Of a stretch of DNA of 64,000 nt, positions 39,201-48,655 are shown one piece after another. The stretch is from Candidatus Woesearchaeota archaeon B3_Woes (GTDB lineage: Archaea > Nanobdellota > Nanobdellia > Woesearchaeales > B3-WOES). Position 1 is the first letter of the stretch; every line of letters starts with the position of its first letter. Below the pieces are notes generated by a model. That model did not search any database, was not told the origin of the DNA, and saw only the letters and a list, made by a program, of their open reading frames with translations. The stretch is taken from contig NJBG01000001.1 of NCBI GenBank assembly GCA_005222965.1, positions 737,533 through 801,532 on the forward strand, given 5' to 3'. The position numbers and the translations under genes are program-made.

Positions 39201-40130
39201 GAGATAGACAGAGTTAAAAGTGGATGGTTAGTTCAACAAAAATATATAGATCCTATAAATAGTGTGATTGACATTTCAAGATCTATTTGCAGAACATTCC
39301 AATTAGGGCATAGGGTAGTAACCTTGATAGCTGTTGCAACAGGCAAACTCTCACTAGCTTGTGCTGTAGACCCAACTAGAGCAAGTTGTGAGGCACAACA
39401 AGCCGCAGCAAACACAGGAGAGGCAATAAAAAATACAGAAACTGGTTTTTGGGATAAATATGGAAAGAAATTTTGTGCACTTACAGGTTGCACTATGTGG
39501 AACACAAACTGGGCTGGTGGCGAAGGAATAATCAACGAGGTAGGAAAGAGTTTAACAAAACTACAAACAAAATCATGGATAGGTATACCATCAACAGTTG
39601 AAAACATAAATACTAAAAGAAGAATTGGAATGTGGAATATGGAAAACAGCTTAATTTTAAGCATAGCTTTTATATGTATTCCAGGAATAGCTCATAATCT
39701 CCAAAAAGCAAGGGTTATTGACTGCCAATATATAAGATGTTTAGAATCATCAAAAGACACCAGTAGTTTACAAAAATGCGTAAAAGAGAGAGATTATGGA
39801 TGGTGTAAATATGTATATGGAGAAATATTTAATTTGTTCCCATTTGCAAATATTCTAGGTCAGGTAGGGCAAAACATAAAAAAAGCCTTATCACATCCAT
39901 TAGAAGCACTAGGAGTTGTTTTCAGTCTTGGTTGTAAAGGCGTATGCAGAACTCCTGGTGCAGGAGGATTATGTCCTGGATGTATAGCCCTAGAAATGTT
40001 AGATTGGCTCTATGATCTTTTATGTGATTTCGGGGTTGGTCCTAATTGTGAACCAATCTGGGACGAACTAGCAGTAGAAGATAGTATTTGTAAAGAGGTT
40101 TTAAAAGAGGAAGAGCAAGAAGAAGAATAA
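36234..40130 (+). CDS. Large secreted protein with Ig-like repeats and Cys-rich helical C-terminus
   Basis: Signal peptide; repeated D.xPP/D.xGP linkers and A.D..GN strands. Confidence 0.8.
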   Translation: MNNKQLQPIAMFMICLIITLPIYVSSVYADINNVRAYGENGIDNFIKQQYDLTIEAGITGDTTSNKIKLTHSSGLATNFDSCSGTGNDSSLCSVNLVYGQNSAVELCPSSTFSIEQFESVPGNLIDSKTIKIKCDAKPPISTISVSPESSTGEDVTLTYNIIDPRDAITECSGIDKIEFYLNNLNSPATIETNSSTCTYSGSTTISASSYNDGEVVVFLKAYDKLGQSSVTNTSFYVDKSGPDGEATVELTDLHGTPIEYFQPQTVLANVVLTISDLTGISTYELDYSQLTSASPHCGYQGRDIVCSWSSIQINMNEPSFTRTIKLDADDDLGNTASRDILVQGVLIQDSTPPLIIMSDITIDTIDGSTIDWFKPGQMKMSFNAEVSEDISGIKSISPDLSNIDVIRGKTPVCAGNEKRYTCSWSSVIFNMDTASFSQEIKIIAKDYAGNEKIESKTASANYRADNIPPSISNFEIVDSYGTEITDWIGDEQVPAKIYVDVTEKGSGLNTIKGNFRSINPAYPRPIEGDCIQLSGPSQQQTLYQEVGEDGLPEYEYQCEWDVIMDFDTSGNPLTAQFKFNATDNSLNPSTPSFTKDFKVDIDGPVATNLRTDNIFGGVYYVGKDSNKFISRIADSGIGLVKSKVYLDLSSLGLRGLKQADNCSGDYCYWEIPDTISTSEGSHDISISTKTTDNIGNSIEDKFELEVVVDTTPPVVDYVEITPAKASKEVFRDLIQIGNALSIVANITEANSLFSATADLSSFISDETEDLADNCERQINDQGRETDKWICKWATDEIDITGYKIDDISLTFTDVAGNTEVSSHEIEVLEEIEEEVDYWKNSVRDGSPNAIDKQIITRYQPSMVFPVDLNKKRSSDVIWPIDVFVDNCLTTVTDSAGTPTITYLSSDAGNLPVLVDHNTDSSTGLPYNIYLNYILDQASPPDNSIDITCQLKIRTLVDKTKISPYEYENITVTIDYYNNPLGEMSSDIQEEIDRVKSGWLVQQKYIDPINSVIDISRSICRTFQLGHRVVTLIAVATGKLSLACAVDPTRASCEAQQAAANTGEAIKNTETGFWDKYGKKFCALTGCTMWNTNWAGGEGIINEVGKSLTKLQTKSWIGIPSTVENINTKRRIGMWNMENSLILSIAFICIPGIAHNLQKARVIDCQYIRCLESSKDTSSLQKCVKERDYGWCKYVYGEIFNLFPFANILGQVGQNIKKALSHPLEALGVVFSLGCKGVCRTPGAGGLCPGCIALEMLDWLYDLLCDFGVGPNCEPIWDELAVEDSICKEVLKEEEQEEE

Positions 40131-42736
40131 TGAAAACAAGAAAACAAGAACAACCTTCAACAAAAACAGGAATCATGATAGTTGTATTAACAATAGCTCT
40201 ATTTGCATCTGCCCTTTCATACAACACAGAAGACAAAATCACAGGAAGTATTGTTAAAGTTACAGGGATGGTTACTGGAGATTATACAAAACAGTATAAT
40301 CGTCTTAGTGGCGATAAAAATATAATGACTACTTTTAGGCTATACGAAGACAGATGGTATTATTTCCAAAAAGGAATGGGTGATTATATGTCGCTTCCTG
40401 ATCAAAACACCCCAAAGAATGACTTAAAAGCTATGTCTGAATGGGATCAAGGAACTAAATGGACTAGTGAAAAAAAATATGATTTTAGAAGATCCACAAT
40501 ACCTGGTGTCCTTATCTACCCTTTTCAAGGACCAATAAAAGAAGTATATAATTCTGATGGACTTCAATTATCTATAAATAGTCAAGGAAACATTAATGGA
40601 TATCTTGATGATAATGGTGAATATACTAAGAGTGCATCTGCAGCTCATAGAAGTTATAATGTCGACTCAATGCGAGAAGATAGAAAAAAAGGTGAACTTT
40701 CCCCTTACCCTACATTTATACTTTCTGGAGTTGATGAAAACAACCCTACTGGTTATAATATTGGCGAAACCCCTTCTAATGATCTTGTTAACCTTTGGAA
40801 AGTTGAAGATTCTACATATGAACCTCCACAAACACCAGAACAACCACCCAATGGTGATATAGATAAACAACCTAGTAACTCACCAACCAAAATACTAAAC
40901 TTTGAACACATAATAGGAGATAATGCTAATATTAATGATGCACCAGAAACATTATATTTAAATATAGGAAGCGATAGTCCTGTAAAACTTCATCTCACAA
41001 AGGATGGTAAGCAGAAAGGGCAGTATTATCAGATGGTTAATAATGAAAGGAGATATTTCCCACTTAATGAAATACATGCAGGTAATACAATACAAACCGG
41101 TGAAACATATCTGACATATAAAGTAGCAGAAGGGGACGGGGGAGCAACAACAATTAACCTTCAAACTTTTAATAAAGATTTACCTTATGAATATACTATG
41201 GTACAGTATCCTGAGAATGACCCAAGGAATGGTCAAATAGATATAATACAAACACAAGAGGGCAAAATAAAGAAAGATGGAAGAAAAATAACAATAATAA
41301 ATCTCCCAGAAGATATACTAACTTCAAATAGATGGAAAGGTGATGATGAACAACTTGATACAGGATGGGATAGTCTTATCAACGCATTCCTCCATGACAA
41401 TGTCCAAGAGTTGAATAATAATGATTATAAGGATGGTATATGGACAATAGGTAAACAACATTATAGAGTATACCCTGGTAATGCAGATACTAATACAGAC
41501 GGATATACACTAAAATATTCATCATCTGCAAAAACCTATACCAGATATACAAGCGATGGAAGACGAATTGTTTTTCGAGGAACAAAAATTATAGATCCTG
41601 AAACAGGAGTGATTAAACTTTCTCCAAAAGGTGAGGTAACAGAAATAGGATATGACCACAATAATAACATGATAAGTATGGCAAATAATGCTGAAGATGG
41701 AACCAGAATAACTACTAAATGGGTTCCTGGAGAATATAATTCTAGAATAATAACTATGACTAACAGTCGTGGAACTGTTCTAATAAAACTAGTAGAATCA
41801 CCAACTGACCCTGGTGTTTTTGAAAGTAATGGAAAACATTATAATAAATGGGGCAATGAAATTAAAGAAGATGAAAAGGGTATTTGGAAAAAAACAGGTA
41901 AAGAAAATAAAATGGCTAAAAAAGCAATAGAAGAATCAAATAACCAACAAGGAACAAGGGCCGGTTTTTGGATATCATTAGTAGGGGATCTCGAAAATTT
42001 AATAGACATTACATCAGGTTATTCTTTTTTCAGATGGTTATATGATGAATCTGATATAATAGAATATGATGAAAGGATTATTAATCTTCTAAGTGGAACA
42101 GAAGGTTTGGCTGCTGAAGCATGTAAGGGTCCTGTTTTAGATGATGGATATGGTTTAGAAGATGGATGGGCATTTTCACTATCAGTGGCAGGTGCTTCTG
42201 CGCATATTGAAGGCGAAAAAATACCTATAATGAATTATACAGATCCAAATCAAAAACAATTTTATTATTATAAAATAAGCTTTGAAGTCAATCCAGGTTC
42301 AAGAGTTACTGGATGTGATTTAAATTTTGAAACATACTTAAAAGATAATGGAAATTATATTCCTTTAATGATGGAAGATTCAGGATCTGTTTATACATGG
42401 GATTTAAAAAGAGGAGAGGGCAGTGTATCCTACAAAGGATCTAATATGCGCATTATACCAAGCAAAAAAGAATATACAAAAGCATGTATAAAATTTAATT
42501 CCATAATCCCCAGAACAGGAAGAACATGTTTAATAGGTATAAATGAAGGAGATTACCTATGTAATAAAATAACACTAGGTGCAGAACAGGAATTTAATCC
42601 TAAACTTCATGGACCTGGAAGGCATGTTGCATGGTTCTTTGGATTAGGAGGCGAAGGAGAAGAAGGTACTACCTCTACAACTGGAACAGGGACTACTTCT
42701 GACCAAGAAGAAGCCAAGGTAAACCCAAAAATCTAA
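40130..42736 (+). CDS. Large secreted/membrane-anchored hypothetical protein
   Basis: N-terminal TM followed by ITG..VTG motif; TAATG-coupled to upstream gene. Confidence 0.75.
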   Translation: MKTRKQEQPSTKTGIMIVVLTIALFASALSYNTEDKITGSIVKVTGMVTGDYTKQYNRLSGDKNIMTTFRLYEDRWYYFQKGMGDYMSLPDQNTPKNDLKAMSEWDQGTKWTSEKKYDFRRSTIPGVLIYPFQGPIKEVYNSDGLQLSINSQGNINGYLDDNGEYTKSASAAHRSYNVDSMREDRKKGELSPYPTFILSGVDENNPTGYNIGETPSNDLVNLWKVEDSTYEPPQTPEQPPNGDIDKQPSNSPTKILNFEHIIGDNANINDAPETLYLNIGSDSPVKLHLTKDGKQKGQYYQMVNNERRYFPLNEIHAGNTIQTGETYLTYKVAEGDGGATTINLQTFNKDLPYEYTMVQYPENDPRNGQIDIIQTQEGKIKKDGRKITIINLPEDILTSNRWKGDDEQLDTGWDSLINAFLHDNVQELNNNDYKDGIWTIGKQHYRVYPGNADTNTDGYTLKYSSSAKTYTRYTSDGRRIVFRGTKIIDPETGVIKLSPKGEVTEIGYDHNNNMISMANNAEDGTRITTKWVPGEYNSRIITMTNSRGTVLIKLVESPTDPGVFESNGKHYNKWGNEIKEDEKGIWKKTGKENKMAKKAIEESNNQQGTRAGFWISLVGDLENLIDITSGYSFFRWLYDESDIIEYDERIINLLSGTEGLAAEACKGPVLDDGYGLEDGWAFSLSVAGASAHIEGEKIPIMNYTDPNQKQFYYYKISFEVNPGSRVTGCDLNFETYLKDNGNYIPLMMEDSGSVYTWDLKRGEGSVSYKGSNMRIIPSKKEYTKACIKFNSIIPRTGRTCLIGINEGDYLCNKITLGAEQEFNPKLHGPGRHVAWFFGLGGEGEEGTTSTTGTGTTSDQEEAKVNPKI

Positions 42737-42737
42737 A

Positions 42738-43505
42738 ATGAAAAAACACAACTACTTTAAAAACAGCTGGAATTTATTAATTAAATCATTTAAAGAGTTT
42801 GACACAAAAGTAATCTTTATAGTTTTATACGATCTAATATTTCTCTCAATAATTTACCTCTCTTTCATTATATTTACTAAATACATCCAAAACAAATCTC
42901 TAAAAATAAATATGCCGCTCATGGAAGAAATGATGCAACTACAACAAACAGAAATATCTCAAATTTCATCACAACTAAGCAATTTTTTATGGTCTATTTT
43001 TGTAGGAATAGCAATAGTGGCATTAGTAACATTTATTGCAATGTGCATCTTTAAAGGATTGATATGGTTTAGAATAGCAAATAAAAAATTTAATTTTAAT
43101 TATTCTAAAAAATTCATACTGCTAAATTTATTATGGTTCTTGATTTGGATAACTCCAGCAATTCTTTTATTTTTTGTTCTAAAAAAAGAAATTATTGCTT
43201 ATCTTTTAGTTATTATAACAATATTACTTTTACATTTCACTAATTTACTGTATATTTCTTTCACAAAAAATCCAAAATTAAGTTCTATAAAAAAAGCATT
43301 TAAAATAGGAATAAAGAAAATCCATTTATTTATCTTACCATATCTAATAGCAATTATTATATTCCTAGTAATATCCCAATTATATTGGTTATACAACTTT
43401 ATGCCAGGAAACACATCAACAATAATAACAGTTTTAATTCTAATAATCTACCTAGCCTGGTTTAGGATATATCTTTACAATGTAGTAAAAGATATAAAAA
43501 TCTAA
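42738..43505 (+). CDS. Multi-pass membrane protein
   Basis: About six hydrophobic segments. Confidence 0.75.
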   Translation: MKKHNYFKNSWNLLIKSFKEFDTKVIFIVLYDLIFLSIIYLSFIIFTKYIQNKSLKINMPLMEEMMQLQQTEISQISSQLSNFLWSIFVGIAIVALVTFIAMCIFKGLIWFRIANKKFNFNYSKKFILLNLLWFLIWITPAILLFFVLKKEIIAYLLVIITILLLHFTNLLYISFTKNPKLSSIKKAFKIGIKKIHLFILPYLIAIIIFLVISQLYWLYNFMPGNTSTIITVLILIIYLAWFRIYLYNVVKDIKI

Positions 43506-44045
43506 TTATTCTTCTTTTTGTAATATTAAGCCAATTTTAGCTACAAAATCAGTTGCATTATTGAATATCTCATCTAGCCTTCTTTCAGTATACATTTTAA
43601 TTGCAGAGTATCTGGCAATCCGGCTTTCTGTTTTAGCATCTTCAAAGTAATGGACATATTCATCTTCAAATATCTTGTAAGATTGATTTAGTATCTCTAA
43701 GTCTTCTTTTTCAATCTCATCTGGAACCAATAAATTGCCCAATGCTATTTGAGCAGCACCATGGTCAGAAACTTCGTATCCTTTTGATAGAATTGCTGCC
43801 TTTGCTGCATATAACATTGAATAATAAGAAATCGTAATAGCCCAATAATCCCAAAAAAGCTTTTTAGGTTGATCTTTTGAAGGTTGAATTTCTTTTGTGT
43901 GCTTTGCAATCAATAAACTATTTTCTGCTTTTTCAAGAAATAACTTAATCTTAAAAGACTGTTGAGATTTCTTTATTCTCTTTTCTTTTACATATTCTTC
44001 AAATATTTGTTTATATTCTTCTTTGTCAAATTGCATTGAATACAC
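43506..44045 (-). CDS. HEPN-domain protein
   Basis: YYSMLYAAKAAIL, SDHGA; paired with MNT gene. Confidence 0.8.
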   Translation of the reverse strand: MYSMQFDKEEYKQIFEEYVKEKRIKKSQQSFKIKLFLEKAENSLLIAKHTKEIQPSKDQPKKLFWDYWAITISYYSMLYAAKAAILSKGYEVSDHGAAQIALGNLLVPDEIEKEDLEILNQSYKIFEDEYVHYFEDAKTESRIARYSAIKMYTERRLDEIFNNATDFVAKIGLILQKEE

Positions 44046-44598
44046 AATCCCAAAATCCCTCTGGGTTATTTAAAATGATATGATTCTTTAAAACCTGTTT
44101 TCCAACATTTTCTTCTTTATCTTTTATCATCTTTTTAAATTCTTTCTTCGTAACAAAGATTGGATTTATTTTCTTCTTATACAATAATTCATATTTAGAA
44201 AAAGATAAAGTTTTCCCCCCATCTTTACTTATAACAAGAATATCAATATCACTTTTCTGGGTTTGCTTCCTTTCTGCATAACTTCCAAAAAGAATAACAA
44301 CACCTTTGGTTTCTAATTCATTTGTAATTTTTCTGATAATTGGTTCTCTCATAAGGAATTCTTTTTTCTCCTCATCTGAAGATACAATAAGGTATGCTTT
44401 TACAATTGGATTCCTAATGTTAAGTTTTAACGTTTTAGATTTACCAACTATTTGAATATTTAGAACATCTTTCATCTTTTGTACTGTTCTATAAAAGCTG
44501 GCATATGGGATATTAAGTAGCTTACTTAACTCATTCATTGTATATCTTCTGCTTAAATTCTTTCCAAGATAGTTAATGATTTGATGCTTGTTATCCAT
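44026..44598 (-). CDS. wHTH + MNT antitoxin
   Basis: ELSKLLNIPYASFY; LFGSYA...SDIDIL. Confidence 0.85.
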   Translation of the reverse strand: MDNKHQIINYLGKNLSRRYTMNELSKLLNIPYASFYRTVQKMKDVLNIQIVGKSKTLKLNIRNPIVKAYLIVSSDEEKKEFLMREPIIRKITNELETKGVVILFGSYAERKQTQKSDIDILVISKDGGKTLSFSKYELLYKKKINPIFVTKKEFKKMIKDKEENVGKQVLKNHIILNNPEGFWDCVFNAI

Positions 44599-44813
44599 TT
44601 TTGAATAATATTATCCATATATGATATATAAACTTTTCGTTTTGAGAAGTTTATGAAAATCTTTTACCATAATTGCATAATGTATTCAAAATCAAATTAC
44701 ACATATTATGAAATCACATATAACCAAAAATAAAAATATTTATATATATCAAACATATTAACATTCTAAGGGTGGAACACACACTAATCAATCTAATCTT
44801 TTAACTTAAAACA

Positions 44814-44963
44814 ATGGAAACTTCATTAAATATTTTTAACTCAGTTGAATTCCTAGAACCAAGATGCCCTAAATGCAACGTTATTCTAAAGTATGGTACA
44901 AACACAAAGTTTGATAAAGAAGACAACCACATATGTGTTAATTGCGGCACAACAGTAGAGTGA
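44814..44963 (+). CDS. Small zinc-ribbon protein (49 aa)
   Basis: Manual translation: PRCPKC...HICVNCGTTVE*. Confidence 0.75.
   Translation: METSLNIFNSVEFLEPRCPKCNVILKYGTNTKFDKEDNHICVNCGTTVE
44939..44959 (+). repeat. 21-bp direct repeat copy 1 (gene tail)
   Basis: TAATTGCGGCACAACAGTAGA. Confidence 0.95.
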
Positions 44964-44991
44964 ACAAAAATTGAATAACTTATTGGATTTT

Positions 44992-45468
44992 TTATCTTTT
45001 TTTGATTTCTTCCTTCAATTTTCTAATATAAAGATTAAATTGAAATTCAACTTCTCTCCAGTCATCAAAACTCACAGGTGTACCATAATAATTAATCCCG
45101 TTTCTTTTTGTACGTACTTTTTCAAAAAAATCCCAGTTAAACTCTAATTCAGGGTGTTTTCCACAAAGATATGCAAATAAACATTGGTGGTTATCGATTT
45201 TAATCTTTTCAAATCTTAAGAATGACTCAACCAATTCATGTAATGCATCATAATATAATTTGTAAACACTATTCCATTGATTACTTTGTTTAGAAAGATT
45301 TTTTTTGAGAATATTTGCAGATTCCACATCACTTTCTGCAATAATAAGTGTGGCTTTAATTTTCTCTTTGTCAACTTCTTCTGTAACAATAAACATCCCA
45401 TTTTTTTTACATTTCAAAAATGCTTCTTTTTGATTTAAATATTCAGGCATTTGCACCAACTCCAACAA
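44992..45468 (-). CDS. HEPN-domain protein
   Basis: YYDALHEL, NHQCLFAYL, RNGINYYG; ATG 45450 is the probable start. Confidence 0.8.
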   Translation of the reverse strand: MLELVQMPEYLNQKEAFLKCKKNGMFIVTEEVDKEKIKATLIIAESDVESANILKKNLSKQSNQWNSVYKLYYDALHELVESFLRFEKIKIDNHQCLFAYLCGKHPELEFNWDFFEKVRTKRNGINYYGTPVSFDDWREVEFQFNLYIRKLKEEIKKR

Positions 45469-45991
45469 AATCTATATCTCCTTTAACAATATTACCTTTA
45501 ATAATATTTCTGATTAGACCCTCTCCAAATTTATTTAATTCTTTTTGATTATGGCAGACAAATACTTGTATATCTCTATGAAGTTTCATTTCATACTTTG
45601 CCAGTTTTAAATCTTCTAATCCTCCATAAATAAAAATATCTATATCGCTGTTTCTATACCAGTCAGAACGCGCAAAACTGCCAAAAATTATAACTGTTTT
45701 TGCCTTTGGTAAAGAGCTTAAATGATTTAAAAAGCCGCTATCATACATTTTATTTAATGCAAATAATTTTTTCTTATTTTTATATGAATAAGATTTATAA
45801 TTGCTTATATAATAAGGCATTTTACCTTTTTCTTTTATTCTTTTAATCAATTCTTCTTTAATAAATTGTTTAAGCCACTTATTAGCCTTACTTCTAGTAA
45901 TTTTTGCTTCTTTAAGTATTTCCTCAAAACGCCATTCCTTTGTAGGATTATTAAAAAATAATCCAATTACATTTTCTTCTTTGCTCTCCAT
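45443..45991 (-). CDS. wHTH + MNT antitoxin
   Basis: IFGSFARSDWYRNSDIDIF. Confidence 0.85.
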   Translation of the reverse strand: MESKEENVIGLFFNNPTKEWRFEEILKEAKITRSKANKWLKQFIKEELIKRIKEKGKMPYYISNYKSYSYKNKKKLFALNKMYDSGFLNHLSSLPKAKTVIIFGSFARSDWYRNSDIDIFIYGGLEDLKLAKYEMKLHRDIQVFVCHNQKELNKFGEGLIRNIIKGNIVKGDIDFVGVGANA

Positions 45992-46095
45992 AATAGTTTC
46001 TATAATGGGAACTAATTTATAAATCTTTCTCTTTTTAAAGGAAAATAATGAATTTAAACTTATTTTTAGAATTAAATTTGACGTATCTATTATCC

Positions 46096-46116
46096 TAATT
46101 GCGGCACAACAGTAGA
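46096..46116 (+). repeat. 21-bp direct repeat copy 2 (displaced gene tail)
   Basis: TAATTGCGGCACAACAGTAGA followed by ATAG; reads PNCGTTVE*. Confidence 0.95.
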
Positions 46117-46120
46117 ATAG

Positions 46121-48571
46121 TTATTTCATAAAAGCACCAAGCTTACTCTGCTTCTTATTTGAAAGCAAATCTTCTTTTGTATAACCAAGAACTTCTAAAA
46201 TACGATCTACAGCAGGAACAACCTGGTTATTTATATAATACTCAGAATCATACTTATTATCCTTAATCTCTTCAGGAACCTTAGCTCTATCGCCTATGCT
46301 GCCTTTACCTTCTGTTACAACAAATTCTATTATCATACCAGGAGCAATATCATGACCTTTACTCTTAAGCTTTTTAGCAACCACAACATGAGGTCCAACA
46401 GCAGCATAACTATCAATATCTTTTGTTAGTTGCGTACGAATAATAACTTTATCAAGATCAATCTTACGCTCCCTTAAATCCTGAACAACAGTCTTAACAT
46501 ATCTTAAAGCCTTATCAGGATTATTCTCTTTAAGAACTATATTCAAAATCTTTTTCTGGGTTTCTTTAGCAATTAAACTCCAATTCCTACGAACTGTCTC
46601 AAAACCAGTAATCTTGATATTATTATCAGAATCAAGCAAAGCATACTTTTTCTTAGCACCATAAGCACCAGCCTTAGCAGATACGAATATTGCAGCAGGA
46701 TAAAAACCCTCATACTCTAATTCCATTATCCCAGGCAAAGTTGGATTAATAGATTCTGCAAATTGCTTTGCCTCGGTCTTGCTTTTCCCATCCAAACTCA
46801 GAAATATAGAATCAGTATCAGAATATATTACTTTAAATCCCTCTTTTTCAGCAGATTCTATAACCTTATGAATATAATACCTTCCCCATGCAGTTATTGA
46901 TCTTGCACACTCCAAAGAATACCAACGAGCATTAAAAAAACCAAAATAACCATAAAAAGCATTTGCCAAAACCTTAAGATTTGTCTGACGAGCATCAAGC
47001 AAAACATTTTTACTCCTCTTCATCATATCTTTTATTCTCCTCCTCCTCTTAATTAAATCCTCAATCACAGTTGGTAAAAATCCTTTTTTTTGAGTACAAA
47101 ACCAATATTCATCCTTTTCAAGAGGAGCCTTTTCAGCCTTCTCCCTGCAACACCCGCAATTAAGCATTCCAGGAGATATATTATGAGAACTGATTATTGT
47201 TGGATACAAACTGCGAAAATCAAAAATAATAATATCCTTATACAAACCAGGAGTTGGCTCAAACACAAAAGCACCTTTGTATCTGTTCAACATCCTATCT
47301 TTTATATCACCATAATGTGGTTTGTTAGGACAAATTTCCTTAAAATTAAAAGCCTGTTTTATCAAATACCACTCAACTAATTGTGAAAAACCCATTCTAG
47401 TTATTTCATACATTGGTAAACCAACAATTTTTACCATCTCAATTATATTAGGCATTATCTTTTCAGCCAATTTATACGCCAACCTGGAATCTTGTAAATT
47501 ATATTCACAATACTTCTCAAGATCATCAGGTTTATTATCCCACACAGAAGATAACTCATCTAAATCAGCATCTGTTTTTTTCTCTCCAATCAGTTCCTCA
47601 GAAACAGAACTCAGATCATAATAATCAGTTTTAAGACTTAAACTAAACATCTTTTTAATAACATTCAAAACATCTAAATGAACAATTCCTGATATTTTCG
47701 CTTTTGAAACCTTTCTTTTAGACACATTCAAATCAGAAGAATCTAATCCAATATCCAGTTTTATTTTATATTTCTCAGCTCTTTTCTGTATATAAGGCAG
47801 ATCAAAACCATCTGAAAAATAACCAGCAATTATATCAGGAACATATGTTTCTAAAATCTCCTTGAATTTTTGAATTAAATCTGCTTCACTATCAACAAAC
47901 TCTATATATTTTTCTTTTGTCTTAAATCTCTTCCATGTAATAACCTTTCTAAAATGATTACCATAAAACGAAATCATTATTATAGGATTCTTTTCAAAAT
48001 TTATAGATTTTCCATCAGGATTATACGTTTCAATATCAAAAGCCAAGATTCTAGGAGAAGTTAAAGTTTCATCACCAACCTGTTTTATTGATTCAATCTT
48101 ATAAACAGGAACTTTAGCTTTTCTATTAACACTCTCACCTTCTATCTCATATAACATCATAGGGGTTATTCCTTTATCTATCAAATATCTCCTTATAAAA
48201 TGTATATCATACTCATTTATTGATTCAATTATCTCCCAATCTTTGATAATATCCCTTATAACCGGAACATCTTTTGGAAATCTTACAAATACTTTTATAG
48301 CATCAACATCTTTTCCTAAATAATTCTTTTTTACATTCTCAGTTCTTATAACTTCATGAACATCATCTTTTTGTTCAATCCTAAGCTTCTCTATTTTACT
48401 ATTCAAACTCTGACCTTTCTTAGGAATAACATAAAAATAAGGCTCAAAACTATCATCTAATATAATAAGGGGCTTACCTTCTGTAGTTCTTCCAAATAGA
48501 TAAACCTCTAATTTATCATTAACTACTTTATATTTTGCATCTAAAACAAAAAAAGGTATTTTCTCTGCCAT
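46121..48571 (-). CDS. polB: Family B DNA polymerase
   Basis: FDIET, DFRSLYP, KVLANAFYGY, YSDTDS, KKKY. Confidence 0.97.
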   Translation of the reverse strand: MAEKIPFFVLDAKYKVVNDKLEVYLFGRTTEGKPLIILDDSFEPYFYVIPKKGQSLNSKIEKLRIEQKDDVHEVIRTENVKKNYLGKDVDAIKVFVRFPKDVPVIRDIIKDWEIIESINEYDIHFIRRYLIDKGITPMMLYEIEGESVNRKAKVPVYKIESIKQVGDETLTSPRILAFDIETYNPDGKSINFEKNPIIMISFYGNHFRKVITWKRFKTKEKYIEFVDSEADLIQKFKEILETYVPDIIAGYFSDGFDLPYIQKRAEKYKIKLDIGLDSSDLNVSKRKVSKAKISGIVHLDVLNVIKKMFSLSLKTDYYDLSSVSEELIGEKKTDADLDELSSVWDNKPDDLEKYCEYNLQDSRLAYKLAEKIMPNIIEMVKIVGLPMYEITRMGFSQLVEWYLIKQAFNFKEICPNKPHYGDIKDRMLNRYKGAFVFEPTPGLYKDIIIFDFRSLYPTIISSHNISPGMLNCGCCREKAEKAPLEKDEYWFCTQKKGFLPTVIEDLIKRRRRIKDMMKRSKNVLLDARQTNLKVLANAFYGYFGFFNARWYSLECARSITAWGRYYIHKVIESAEKEGFKVIYSDTDSIFLSLDGKSKTEAKQFAESINPTLPGIMELEYEGFYPAAIFVSAKAGAYGAKKKYALLDSDNNIKITGFETVRRNWSLIAKETQKKILNIVLKENNPDKALRYVKTVVQDLRERKIDLDKVIIRTQLTKDIDSYAAVGPHVVVAKKLKSKGHDIAPGMIIEFVVTEGKGSIGDRAKVPEEIKDNKYDSEYYINNQVVPAVDRILEVLGYTKEDLLSNKKQSKLGAFMK

Positions 48572-48655
48572 ACTTACTTCTTATAGAGGAGAATATATAA
48601 ATTTTGCTATGATTTTATAACAATATTTATATACTACTAGTTTTAAATTAATCTT

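Noticed and set aside
43480..44760. Displaced tail of gene 42738..43505 beyond the adjacent HEPN-MNT pair
   Set aside because: No convincing direct repeat found by eye
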